64,000 nucleotides of DNA from assembly GCA_965112635.1 (NCBI GenBank), contig OZ218778.1, forward strand, positions 1,845,807 to 1,909,806, given 5' to 3'. Shown here piece by piece: positions 53,755 through 63,563 of this stretch. The stretch's first letter is position 1. Every line of letters starts with the position of its first letter. The notes beneath the pieces are model-generated. The model saw only the letters and a list, made by a program, of their open reading frames with translations, was not told the origin of the DNA and did not search any database. A program made the position numbers and the translations under genes. The stretch is from an uncultured bacterium (lineage in GTDB: Bacteria; Oederibacteriota; Oederibacteriia; Oederibacteriales; Oederibacteriaceae).

Positions 53755-55992
53755 TTATCTTATCAATACGATAGTGCCGCGTGATGTCTGGCCTCCTCCT
53801 GAGACTAGGTAAAAATACACGCCTGGAGCGACTGCCTGACCGTTGTCATTGGTACCGTCCCAGGCGGCGTAGGTGGTGCTGGTGGCTATGCTTTTGACCA
53901 GCAGGGCTGACATGGTCCGTATCTCAATGGTCGAGCCAGCCGGGATATTGGCGAATTTCAGCTCATGGTTCAGGGCTGTTTTGACCCTAAAAGGATTGGG
54001 ATAGACCACCAGGCTGCCGATGCTCACCAGAGCCTTGTTGCTGGTCAGGGGGGAGTAGGGGGTTATCTGGCTGAGGATATCGTTGTAACTCATGCTAAAA
54101 GTGTTTGAAATGAACACCCCGGTTGGGTCATTGCTGTTGACCTTGGCTACAAGATTTTTGCTGACCGTGCTGTTGGGATTGACGTTGGCGATGGTCCAGC
54201 TATACAGGCCCGGCCCAAGCACGCTATATCCGCTGTCAGCGGAAACAAAGGTCATGGTGTTGGGCAGGGTGTCCCAGATAAGGACATTTTGGGCGGGACC
54301 GCCCCTGTTCTGACAGGAAAGGGTCCAGGTCACCTGGTCACCCTGGTTTGCTTTGGGAACATTGGAGGATTTGGCCAGGGTAAAGCTGGCCGGAAGAGGA
54401 GTTGGAGTATTGGTTGGAGTATAGGTGGAGGTAAAGGTATATGTGTTGGTAAAGGTCGGGCCCGCCGTGGACTCACCGGAATATTTGGTCAGGAAGCCCT
54501 GATTATCTAGGCCTTTGACCGTGTAGTAGTAAAAGGTACTTGTACAGGCATTAGTGGCGGTGGAGTCGGTATAAGTAGTGCCACCCACTAAAGAACCGTT
54601 GATCTGTGCATAGCCAGTTCCCTCGGTCGTACTACGGTAAACATTGTAGCCTGAGATGCCGAAGGTGGAGATGGGGGGAGCAGACCAGGTGAGAGATACA
54701 GTAGAAGGACAAGTAATGGTGGCAACCAGACCAGAGGGAGGAACCAAGGTGCCCATGGCATTATAGAAGTTGATGCGGCCGTAGCCCAGGTACTGATTCC
54801 AGCCATTAGCATCATAGGCATGATCGGCGGCATCGACCTTATCCGCGGTTTTGGTGATGCGGGTGGAGACTTCATCATAGGACACGCCGTTGGACATTAG
54901 GACAGCGGCCAGGGCACAAACATAGGGACACGACATGGATGTGCCGCCCCAGTTTGCGTATGCGGAAGGTCCTCCGATTTCAGTGGTCAAATCGCCTCCC
55001 GGGGCAGCGCATATGACATAAGAGCTATAGGTGGAATAGGTTGCCCATTCATCATGGCTTCCCGAGGCGGCTATAGCGAAAGCTATGCCATCTGAGGCAG
55101 GATAAATGAGTTCATAGGTTCCGCTATCCCCTGACGCGGCCATTGCAATATGATGGTCGGTGGAATAGGCATTGCTTATGGCTGTATCAACGCCGGAAGC
55201 GCTCACAAAACCCCAGCTGCAATTAAAGACCTGCGCGCCGTGCTGGGAGGCCCAGTCGATTCCCGCGATAGCGTTGGCCGCTGTCGCGTCCGTCCAATTG
55301 GTCGTGATTTTTACAGGCATGATCAGGCAATTCCAAGCCATGCCCGCTATACCCGTACTATTATTAACTTCTGCTCCCAGTAGTCCTGAGATCTCAGTGC
55401 CATGACCATGGATATCCGTAGTATCAGAACTATTGGAGATCACATTCCAACCCGGGACAATTTTATCCATCAGGTCCACGTGACTGGAATTTATTCCGGA
55501 ATCAATCACAGCAACCACGGTGGAGGTTAACCCTTTGGCCCAGGGCATCATGGCGGGAGTGTTCCAAGCTTTGTCTGTTTGGGTGATAGGAATCGGCCAC
55601 AAGACTCCGCTCTGGTAATAGGTATCGTTGGGAAGGGAGTAGGGGGTATAGGCCGGATGGGCGTAATAATTAGGATAGGCGTTTTTGATCTTAATATGTT
55701 TTTTCGCCTTCCCAGCATAGTCCAGAACATTTTTACCATGGGGTATTTTTAGGTGATAGATATCCAATCTGCCCAGTTTTTTTATAACTTCACAGCCTAA
55801 TTCTTTGGCAATGGCACGCGCTTCTGATTCGGGGACTTTTCCTTTTTCAAATTCAATTATTATCTCCCCTTCCACGTAATCAGGTTTTTCTCCGGCATAA
55901 AGGGGGTGTAATAAAAAGGGGATTATCAAGAAAACAGCCAAAAAAATATACGATATTATTATTCCCAATAGTATGTATTTTTTCATTGGCAA
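53755..55992 (-). CDS. Secreted subtilisin-like serine protease (S8) with Fn3/DUF11-like domains, TxT linker and FlgD-Ig/CTD-like C-terminus
   Basis: Catalytic triad contexts VAVIDSGINSSHVDL (Asp), HGHGTEISGLLGA (His), GTSMSCPYV (Ser); N-terminal propeptide; TFTNTYTFTSTYTPTNTPTP linker; C-terminus VVYPNPFRVK..STIEIRTMSALLVKSI..AWDGTNDNGQAVAPGVYFYLV. Confidence 0.85.
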   Translation of the reverse strand: MPMKKYILLGIIISYIFLAVFLIIPFLLHPLYAGEKPDYVEGEIIIEFEKGKVPESEARAIAKELGCEVIKKLGRLDIYHLKIPHGKNVLDYAGKAKKHIKIKNAYPNYYAHPAYTPYSLPNDTYYQSGVLWPIPITQTDKAWNTPAMMPWAKGLTSTVVAVIDSGINSSHVDLMDKIVPGWNVISNSSDTTDIHGHGTEISGLLGAEVNNSTGIAGMAWNCLIMPVKITTNWTDATAANAIAGIDWASQHGAQVFNCSWGFVSASGVDTAISNAYSTDHHIAMAASGDSGTYELIYPASDGIAFAIAASGSHDEWATYSTYSSYVICAAPGGDLTTEIGGPSAYANWGGTSMSCPYVCALAAVLMSNGVSYDEVSTRITKTADKVDAADHAYDANGWNQYLGYGRINFYNAMGTLVPPSGLVATITCPSTVSLTWSAPPISTFGISGYNVYRSTTEGTGYAQINGSLVGGTTYTDSTATNACTSTFYYYTVKGLDNQGFLTKYSGESTAGPTFTNTYTFTSTYTPTNTPTPLPASFTLAKSSNVPKANQGDQVTWTLSCQNRGGPAQNVLIWDTLPNTMTFVSADSGYSVLGPGLYSWTIANVNPNSTVSKNLVAKVNSNDPTGVFISNTFSMSYNDILSQITPYSPLTSNKALVSIGSLVVYPNPFRVKTALNHELKFANIPAGSTIEIRTMSALLVKSIATSTTYAAWDGTNDNGQAVAPGVYFYLVSGGGQTSRGTIVLIR

Positions 55993-56087
55993 TCCTTTGG
56001 AATAGGGAAATTAGAAGATTATCTACGTGTTTCTTCAATTATATGGCAAAAAACGGTTGTATTGGTCTTTGCAAATCCTGGGTATTT

Positions 56088-59000
56088 CTATTTAATTATA
56101 GAAATTTTTAACGGTTTCTTTTGAGTTTGACCGCTGACCTGGGAATCGGCTTCTACAATTCCCACATAAAGACCGGCCGCAGTATTATTGACATCCCAAC
56201 CCAGGGTGGCAATGCCAGGCCCGGCTGCGGGCAAGCTGAGGGTGTTCACCAGCTCTCCCACCACATCATAAATTCTCACGGTCAGGCTGGATTGGTCCTG
56301 CAAAGCGACCTTGAACCATACCTTGTGGTCTGGGGTGGAGAGGTACGGGTTGGGGTAGACCGAAGCGTCCATAAACCCGCTTAAATTGGAGCTTAACACG
56401 GTCACACTTTGCACCAGCACATCGTGCTGGTGGTTGTAGGTCTGATCTATTTTGATCAAATACTCTCCGCTTTGCACATAATTGCCCAAGGCCGTGGTGC
56501 CGTCCCAGGTCAGGCGGGCTTGGTTCAAGGAGCCTAGCCCATCTGCCATTAACTGACCTGTGGAGGAAAAGATGTTTATCCCGATCGTGGTTGTCCCTGT
56601 GGGTTGATTGCTTATCTGCAGTAAATTACTGGTCAACTTCATGCTTCCCAATTGTCCCTGGACGAAATAGCTCTGGTAAAGCTGTTTGACCAACTCTCCG
56701 CTGGTGGTGTAGATACTGACGGTCAAAAGGTCTCCTGACTTGAGCACGGTCAGGGGCATGACGACCGTATTGCCTTGCAGGCCGGGGATATCGGCTTTAA
56801 GCACATATTGCCCGCTGTCCACAAGGTAGCCCAGGTCGCTTTTGCCGTCCCAGGGGACATGGTAGATGATGCCAGCGCTTTTGATCTCGATATCAAAGAG
56901 GCCGGAGTTGGGGTCAAAGATGGTAGAGCCGCTGCCTGAGGAAAGCTGGATACCGCTAAACCCACCCAAGACAAGGACATTACTGAAGGTTTTGACCACT
57001 TCACCGGCTTCGTCGTAGACCTTGAGCTCCAGGTTGGTCATCACCGGGGTATTGGTAGCGGTCACGGTGGCGGTATGGGTCTGGGTTTGGGTTTTGGACG
57101 GAGTCCAGGTCAGGGAAGAAGTCAAGGTCACTGAAGAGGTCACGGTAACAGTGGAGGTCAGAGTGATGGTGGCTGTATTTGTCATTGTTGAAGTAGGCAG
57201 AGGTGTATAGGTGGTAGTGGTCGTGGCTGACTCAGTGAAAGTGTTGGTATTGGTTGAGGTGGGTAAGGGGGTAGGTGTAGTTGTAGGCGTCCCTGTTTCA
57301 GTGGCTGTGTAAGTAAAGGTGAAGGAGTATAAAGTCGTAACCGTGGCCGTAGGGGTCGCTGTATTGGTAGAGGTGCTAGTTAAAGTTATCGTAGCTGTAA
57401 CCGTGATGGTCGCTGTTGATGTTGGTGTATTGGTAGCAGTACTAGTTGGCGAAATGGTATGGGTTGGTGTAGCCGTACCCGTGTTTGTGCTGGTGTAGGT
57501 AGAGGTGGCGGTGCTGGTGTTGGTATTGCTGACGCAGGGAGTCACGTTTTCCACGTACACATCGCCGCAGTAGGGCCTTCCCAGCTCCTCGCCAAGGCCG
57601 GCTCCCATGACCAGGGAATTGGTGCCATTGCCGGTCAGGTCGCCTATAAGCACGTTGCCTCCTCCTACTTCTTCCCCGCCGGTGCCAAGGGAAACTCCGT
57701 AATAACGCATGGTATAGAACGCAGGGTTTGCTATATCCCTTATTTGGCCTTTGCCGGCGGTCCATGGTCCGGTGGTCACCCACACCACGCCATTTTCCCA
57801 AATGTTATTTGGTTTATTAGATAAGGCGCCGCTTCCGGCGTCGCCAGCTCCTATGGCCAGACTCGGCACCGGAGTACAGCTAAAACAAAGTTGGCCGATG
57901 GCCATATTGTCCCCAAAATCAGTAGCATAAGCTCCAAATGCGCCATCGCCGTCTAAGCGGATGTTGAAATTGTTTACAAGATTCAAGTCTACATCATTGC
58001 CATTACCTAAAGGGAAGTTAGTGGGGTTGTCATTGGAATAGACAATATAGACTGAGCCATTTCCATTCCTTCCTTGGCTGTTTTCTCCCGCCGCACCCAT
58101 GGCCAAATCCAGATTGCCATTTAAAAATCCCAGGGCTATCCCATCGCCAAGGTCTCCTGGTGCCGCGGTATAGGGCATTTCCTCTGAGGCATTGGCGCTT
58201 TGGGCCCCATCAAAACGCACGTTACAGTTATTAATATTATTCATGTCCACCATGACCCCCGGTCCGCCACCTATGGGTCCGTAGATCACATAGACTGCAC
58301 CATTGTTTACCTTGCCGTTCGTGGAGGTGCCGGGTGCGCTCATGATGAGATCAGGATGGCCGTCTGTATTACCTCCAGCGCCCCCTCCCACGTCAGCTAT
58401 GGCTACCTGCTGGCCCATGCCAACCTCAGCCGCAGCGCCGACGTAGAGGTGGTCATAGTTATTGACATTATTCAGATCCAGGATTGCGGCTGGACCCGCG
58501 GGCAGAGGGCCGTCTATCGTGAACACTGACCCGGAAATGAATCTGCCGGCAAAATTGTTATAGAAAATATCTCCGATGGCCAGGTCATTGATGTTGTCGC
58601 CGTTGATGTCCCCTATGGCGAATGAGGCGGCTCCGGCGTAATTATTGACGATCTCCACGTTATAGTTGTTAGGATTGGCGAAGCTCACCACTGCCCCAGG
58701 GCCGCCCGCAAACGGTCCGTATTTTACCCATACCGCCCAGCCGCCCCCCATAACCAGGTCGTTCACATTGTCATTGTTCAGATCGCCGATGGCTAAGGCA
58801 AACCCGAGGTTGGCCCCCCCGCCGGGGCCGTCGTAACGGATATCAAAATTATTGAATATATTGAGGTCGGGCTGGTTGGCCATGGTGAGAGGGAAATTGA
58901 CCAGCCCGCCATAGATGATATAGACCGAGCCGCTGCCACCGCCGTTGTAGCTGGCATTGCCATCCCCTATGACCAGGTCAGGGATGCCGTCTCCGTTGAG

Positions 59001-59744
59001 GTCGCCAATGGCCATGCCTCCCTGTGTCCCTTCCTCACCAAAGCTCAAAGTCCAATCGGCTTGCGCACCGACGAACTGCTCGTTGTAGTTGGCTGGAACA
59101 GCCAGATCAACATCCGGATCAATGACCGCCTCACCCTTGGAGCCTACAGAGACCTTTAATTGCAGGTCGATGATGCCGTCCCCTTTTTGCTCGTAGGCCA
59201 GCAACCGGTGGTCCATTTTGGCCACATCAGACCAGCTGAAGTACCCAACGGCTTGTTTATAGCCTCCCCGCACAGGGAACGTCAGAGAGGCTCCCTTCAT
59301 GACAGGCATGACATAGCGGCTTAGACCGGGATAGTCCTTGGCCGGCCGTTCCAATTCTTCGTGGGCGCGAAAGTCCAGGGCCTCTTTTTTCTCCGGCAGG
59401 GCGTACTCTTTGCCCTCATAAACAACGCGGTCCGTGTCGATCTGATAGTAGAGGTGGAGCGTGGTTGTCTTGTCTTTTTGAGTGGGATTTTTGACCCGGA
59501 TAGTTTGTTTTAACGACCGTTTTTGGGTCGCCGGCGATGCTTTGCCCAGGTCGTAGGTCACTTTGACCCTAAGCGCAGGATCATCACAGACAGCACGGAA
59601 ATCTTTAAATCCCTGTTTCAGGTCCTCTCGTAAACCGTTACTTTCGAACCCTGCCCCGGAAACTAGTTGGCTCATGCCGCCTACTAGGAGGAGGGTGCCT
59701 ATGGTCAGGACTATCGTGAAAAAAGTTGTCGACGATTTATGCAA
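56088..59744 (-). CDS. Large cargo protein (1,218 aa): FG-GAP/integrin-alpha-type beta-propeller repeats, TxT stalk, three tandem FlgD-Ig/CTD-like domains
   Basis: FG-GAP motifs GDLNGDGIPDLVIGD, IGDLNNDNVNDLVMGG, IGDINGDNINDLAIGD, GDLTGNGTNSLVMGAG. Stalk NTNTSTATSTYTSTNTGTATPTHTISPTSTATNTPTSTAT... Three C-terminal repeats (LKVYDEAGEVV..WDGKSDLGYLVDSGQYVL; VSIYTTSGELV..WDGTTALGNYVQSGEYLI; YPNPYLS..VRIYDVVGELV..WDVNNTAAGLYVGIV). Confidence 0.75.
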   Translation of the reverse strand: MHKSSTTFFTIVLTIGTLLLVGGMSQLVSGAGFESNGLREDLKQGFKDFRAVCDDPALRVKVTYDLGKASPATQKRSLKQTIRVKNPTQKDKTTTLHLYYQIDTDRVVYEGKEYALPEKKEALDFRAHEELERPAKDYPGLSRYVMPVMKGASLTFPVRGGYKQAVGYFSWSDVAKMDHRLLAYEQKGDGIIDLQLKVSVGSKGEAVIDPDVDLAVPANYNEQFVGAQADWTLSFGEEGTQGGMAIGDLNGDGIPDLVIGDGNASYNGGGSGSVYIIYGGLVNFPLTMANQPDLNIFNNFDIRYDGPGGGANLGFALAIGDLNNDNVNDLVMGGGWAVWVKYGPFAGGPGAVVSFANPNNYNVEIVNNYAGAASFAIGDINGDNINDLAIGDIFYNNFAGRFISGSVFTIDGPLPAGPAAILDLNNVNNYDHLYVGAAAEVGMGQQVAIADVGGGAGGNTDGHPDLIMSAPGTSTNGKVNNGAVYVIYGPIGGGPGVMVDMNNINNCNVRFDGAQSANASEEMPYTAAPGDLGDGIALGFLNGNLDLAMGAAGENSQGRNGNGSVYIVYSNDNPTNFPLGNGNDVDLNLVNNFNIRLDGDGAFGAYATDFGDNMAIGQLCFSCTPVPSLAIGAGDAGSGALSNKPNNIWENGVVWVTTGPWTAGKGQIRDIANPAFYTMRYYGVSLGTGGEEVGGGNVLIGDLTGNGTNSLVMGAGLGEELGRPYCGDVYVENVTPCVSNTNTSTATSTYTSTNTGTATPTHTISPTSTATNTPTSTATITVTATITLTSTSTNTATPTATVTTLYSFTFTYTATETGTPTTTPTPLPTSTNTNTFTESATTTTTYTPLPTSTMTNTATITLTSTVTVTSSVTLTSSLTWTPSKTQTQTHTATVTATNTPVMTNLELKVYDEAGEVVKTFSNVLVLGGFSGIQLSSGSGSTIFDPNSGLFDIEIKSAGIIYHVPWDGKSDLGYLVDSGQYVLKADIPGLQGNTVVMPLTVLKSGDLLTVSIYTTSGELVKQLYQSYFVQGQLGSMKLTSNLLQISNQPTGTTTIGINIFSSTGQLMADGLGSLNQARLTWDGTTALGNYVQSGEYLIKIDQTYNHQHDVLVQSVTVLSSNLSGFMDASVYPNPYLSTPDHKVWFKVALQDQSSLTVRIYDVVGELVNTLSLPAAGPGIATLGWDVNNTAAGLYVGIVEADSQVSGQTQKKPLKISIIK

Positions 59745-59809
59745 CAGTATTTCCCGTGAAACTTTTTTGAAGTTACAAGATCAATGGCCGGCCAAAAAAT
59801 GTTTCATGC

Positions 59810-62800
59810 TTATCTTATAATGATCACTTTGGTTATTGTTCTGTAGTTCGCAGCAGGGGTGTCCGCCTCCACGGCTGCCAGATACAAACCAGCGGACATC
59901 TTCCCCACATTCCAAGGGATGGCCAGCGTCCCGGACCCCGCAGCGGTGAGGGTCATGATCAAGTTGCCTGCCACATTGTAAATATTGATCCTGATGCTGG
60001 CTGCCTGATTGATATCCACCTTGAAATAAATGGTCTGCGACCCCATCTCCCGATAGGGATTGGGATACGCTTTGGCGTCAAACCCGGGGTTGGAGGAGGA
60101 GACCAGCACCGTGATGCTCTTGGAATAGGTCACGATCCTGCCATTGTAAACCTGGTCGGCCTTGAGGATGTATTCGCCGTTCTGCACCAGGTTCCCCAAG
60201 CTGTTAGTGCCGTCCCAAAGGATGCGGCCGGGGGCCAGAGTCCCGTTGCTGTCGGAGAGATAAAGGCCGTTATCCCCCAACGCGCCCACTCCAACCGTCG
60301 TGTTCTGTCCGGGGCCGGTCAGCAATAAGTTATTGGTCAAGGATATGCCTTCCAGCTGGCCCGAAGTGCTATATCCCTGGTAGATCTCCTTCACCAGCTC
60401 TCCGGAAGTCGTGTAAATGTCCACTTTTAGATGGTTGCCCAAGCTGGTCACTATCACGCTGTTCGTAAAGGTAGTGGCTTTGCCGAACTGCGTCACTTGG
60501 GATTTCAGGATATAGTCTCCGGGCTGCACCATGGCTCCCAGATCGTTGGTCCCGTCCCAGGGGATTTGCCATTGGCCTTTTTTGGTGGTCAGGAGGATCT
60601 CCAGCGGCACTCCGGAATCCTCCATCAGGGAGCCCGACCCGCCCAGCGTAATGGTGAGGTCGCTCAAATCGCCGAAGATCGGAACCCATCCAAGGGTCTT
60701 GACCACCTCGCCGTTGGTCGCGTAGATCACCAGGTCCACATTGAGCACAGGCGGCGTTATCGTTGGCGTGCAGGAGCTGGTCAGGGTCTTGCTCGGGGTG
60801 ACCGTATTGGTCCAGGTCAAAGTCTGGGTGGGCGAAAAGGGAGGAGTGGAGGTGTTGCTGGGCGTAGAAGTGCAGCTGGGCGTGGCAGTATTGCTGGCGG
60901 TCCCGGTATTGGTGAAGGTATAGGAAAAGGTCTTGGTCAAAGTGACGGTATTGGTCAAAGAAGAGGTAATGGTCAAAGAGGGGGTCTGGGTGCTGGAAGG
61001 GGTGTTGGTGATTGAGTAAGTGGGTGTGTAGGTGGTCGTGAGAGTGATGGTCTGGGTATTGCTTTGCGTTATCGTGGCCGAGCCTGTAGGGCTGGCGGTC
61101 AAGGTTGCTGTGACGGTGGACGTGTTGATGAAGGTGAAAGTCGCCGAAGCTGAGGGGCTGACGGTCAAGGTTGCCGTGGGGGTGGGAGTGTTGGTGGAGG
61201 TGTAAGTCGCCGAAGCTGAGGGACTGACGGTCAAAGTTGCTGTGGTCGTAAATGTATTGGTGGCCGTATAGGTTCCGGAGGCGGTAGGGCTGGCGGTAAC
61301 CGTGTAGGTATTGGTGGACGTGAAGAGGTTCGTGTAGGTTGCCGTGAGGGATGGGCTGGAGGTCAGGGTAGCTGAACTGGTGGCTGTGTTAGTGGCCGTG
61401 TTGGTGCTGGTGGCAGACGGGCTGACGGTCATCGTGGTCGTGCTGGTGCCTGTAATGGTGGCCGTGCTGGTGTCGGTGGCAGAGGGGCTGACGGTCATCG
61501 TGGCCGTGCTGGTGGCCGTGTTGGTGGCCGTGCGGGTACTGGTGGCAGAGGGGCTGACGGTCATCGTGGCCGTGGCGGTGGCTGTAATGGTGGCCGTGCT
61601 GGTGCTGGTGGCAGAGGGGCTGACGGTCATCGTGGCCGTGGCGGTGGCCGAGTTGGTAGAGGTGCGTGTGCTGGAGGCTGTCGGGCTGACCGTGGCTGTT
61701 GCGCTGGACGTGGAAGTTGAAGTGATGGTGTTGGTAATGGTGGAAGTGCAGGTGCTGCTGCCGGTCGGACTAGCCGTGGCGGTGGTCGTAATCGTGGGTG
61801 TGCATGTTGAAGTGCTGGTAGATGTGGCCGTATCGGTCGCGGTTGAGGTGCTGGTGTTTGTCGGGGCGCAATAAAGAGCCACTTGCGCGTCATTGGATGT
61901 AGTAGCCACTAAACCCGTGCCCTGGAGAGTACCGGTATTGTCGAGAAGGCCGGGACAGGCGGTCGTGGTCACCATAGCGGCAAAACCAAAAGGCGGAACA
62001 GAGGGCAGGTAGTATTTCACCACCACTTCGCAACTATCCACCGCCGAAGCGTCGGCTGGGCCGCTGACCGTGTTGTAGTAGCTGACGCGCAGGTTGTTCA
62101 GGTCAGCCCAGGTCCAGTTCGTATCCGCGGTGGCATCATAATAGCCGTCATCGGTGTTTCCATCAAAAGTTTCGCGCATAATATCAGCGGGAGCTCCGAG
62201 AAAGCCGTTGTTGGTCCCATCCATGGAATAGTTGAAATACAAGGGGTTGACTAATCCGTCGCCACCGTTAACGCCCTGTATTGTGCTGTGGAACATAACT
62301 CCGGCGATCACATATTGGTTCTGGTTCACCACGCCGGAGGGGCCGATTTGGAACCATCCCGTGTTGCCTGGAGTGAGGGTCGCAAAATTGCCGTCAGGGG
62401 CCCCTATGGTATTACCGGGGTTGGTCCATCCTGGAGCGTTAATGACAGAGGAAATATACTGGTCAGCGTAGTTGAAGGTCACCGAACCTGAGAGCGTGAA
62501 TGTCCAGGAGACCAGGTTGGTCACGGGGTTATAGGTTCCCCCGCCTGTCGCTGAAACAAAGGCCATGCCCGCCGGCACGGTGTCATAGACCGTGACCGTG
62601 CTGGCATCTTCGTCAAAGGAACCCATGGTGAAGGTGTAATTGACCGTACCGCCGGTAGCGGAAACGGTCACATCAGAGGCTTTGCTCAGGTCAATGTCAG
62701 AGCCTGGAAAGAAGAAATACTCCCTGTATAAATTCATATCACCGCAGTTATTATTAATAAGCCCCCATGCGCTTGGTCCGTTCCCCAGGTAGGGCACATA

Positions 62801-63373
62801 ACTATAGGGAACATTAGGCGGAGCAGGCATTATATAATACATCCACTGTCCTATGCCTGGCGTATCGTCAATAGGTGTGCCCCAGGTTGAATCATCAAAA
62901 CCCGGCATCATCCAATTGGCAGGCGGAACCGCCAGCTGACCGGCGCAGCCGCCGGGTGGATTTGTGCAACCACAACCTCCGGGAACATACAAAAATTTTA
63001 CGTTGGCGTCAGGATTGCTATAAATGACCACTGTGGGGGCGTCTGAATAATGGACAGTCAAGCGAAAAGTCACGGTCTGCGGACCGGAAGTATTGGGCGG
63101 ATTGTCAACAGCAATGAGGTTTGTTTGGTTGGGAAGGAAGTCGTGCAAGTCAAGAGTACCGTCCGCGGTGGAATAACTAGTGATTTGGTCAAAGTTCCAA
63201 CCAGTTGTCCCGCCATGAATTCCGTTAATGTAAAAATCTGCGTGGTCGTCTCCGGCTATTTCCAGGTCAGCTGAAACAATGTAGGCAATTGTTTGGCGGG
63301 GAACAAACAGTGATAGCAAACATAGAAAAATAATTTTCTTAAAAAATCTTTCTAGTACCTTTTGTTTAAGCAT
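59810..63373 (-). CDS. Large cargo protein (1,187 aa), paralog of 56088..59744: novel N-terminal head, DUF11-like segment, ~350-aa S/T-alternating stalk with 22-aa tandem repeats, three tandem FlgD-Ig/CTD-like domains
   Basis: Signal peptide MLKQKVLERFFKKIIFLCLLSLFVP. TVYDTVPAGMAFVSA (DUF11-like). Stalk ...TMTVSPSATSTSTATITATATA x4. C-terminal triple domain (VIYATNGEVV..WDGTNDLGAMVQPGDYIL; VDIYTTSGELV..WDGTNSLGNLVQNGEYIL; YPNPYREM..INIYNVAGNLI..WNVGKMSAGLYLAAVEA). Confidence 0.75.
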   Translation of the reverse strand: MLKQKVLERFFKKIIFLCLLSLFVPRQTIAYIVSADLEIAGDDHADFYINGIHGGTTGWNFDQITSYSTADGTLDLHDFLPNQTNLIAVDNPPNTSGPQTVTFRLTVHYSDAPTVVIYSNPDANVKFLYVPGGCGCTNPPGGCAGQLAVPPANWMMPGFDDSTWGTPIDDTPGIGQWMYYIMPAPPNVPYSYVPYLGNGPSAWGLINNNCGDMNLYREYFFFPGSDIDLSKASDVTVSATGGTVNYTFTMGSFDEDASTVTVYDTVPAGMAFVSATGGGTYNPVTNLVSWTFTLSGSVTFNYADQYISSVINAPGWTNPGNTIGAPDGNFATLTPGNTGWFQIGPSGVVNQNQYVIAGVMFHSTIQGVNGGDGLVNPLYFNYSMDGTNNGFLGAPADIMRETFDGNTDDGYYDATADTNWTWADLNNLRVSYYNTVSGPADASAVDSCEVVVKYYLPSVPPFGFAAMVTTTACPGLLDNTGTLQGTGLVATTSNDAQVALYCAPTNTSTSTATDTATSTSTSTCTPTITTTATASPTGSSTCTSTITNTITSTSTSSATATVSPTASSTRTSTNSATATATMTVSPSATSTSTATITATATATMTVSPSATSTRTATNTATSTATMTVSPSATDTSTATITGTSTTTMTVSPSATSTNTATNTATSSATLTSSPSLTATYTNLFTSTNTYTVTASPTASGTYTATNTFTTTATLTVSPSASATYTSTNTPTPTATLTVSPSASATFTFINTSTVTATLTASPTGSATITQSNTQTITLTTTYTPTYSITNTPSSTQTPSLTITSSLTNTVTLTKTFSYTFTNTGTASNTATPSCTSTPSNTSTPPFSPTQTLTWTNTVTPSKTLTSSCTPTITPPVLNVDLVIYATNGEVVKTLGWVPIFGDLSDLTITLGGSGSLMEDSGVPLEILLTTKKGQWQIPWDGTNDLGAMVQPGDYILKSQVTQFGKATTFTNSVIVTSLGNHLKVDIYTTSGELVKEIYQGYSTSGQLEGISLTNNLLLTGPGQNTTVGVGALGDNGLYLSDSNGTLAPGRILWDGTNSLGNLVQNGEYILKADQVYNGRIVTYSKSITVLVSSSNPGFDAKAYPNPYREMGSQTIYFKVDINQAASIRINIYNVAGNLIMTLTAAGSGTLAIPWNVGKMSAGLYLAAVEADTPAANYRTITKVIIIR
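61413..61690 (-). repeat. Tandem 66-bp (22-codon) repeats, about 4.2 copies, inside the stalk of 59810..63373
   Basis: Units begin gcagaggggctgacggtcatcgtggccgtg... at 61413, 61479, 61545, 61611 (plus-strand coordinates, antisense to the gene). Confidence 0.8.
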
Positions 63374-63563
63374 ATTTAATACCTATTGTCTTCTCACTAA
63401 ATTTTTATTACAAAATCTCCCTTATATCAGACAATTATAGACATTAAATGTTCCTGTCACAACACGGCGTATCTGATCTAATTTTGAATAATGATTGTAA
63501 TTGAAGTATTTAGGTGTATTCAATGGAGTTACGCCCGAGCCCGGACAGGGAAAGAGGGTTGTC

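Noticed and set aside
60431-61874. Plus-strand ORFs (194 and 176 aa) with Val/Ala/Leu repeats
   Set aside because: Antisense of the S/T-alternating stalk and 66-bp tandem repeats of cargo gene 59810..63373.
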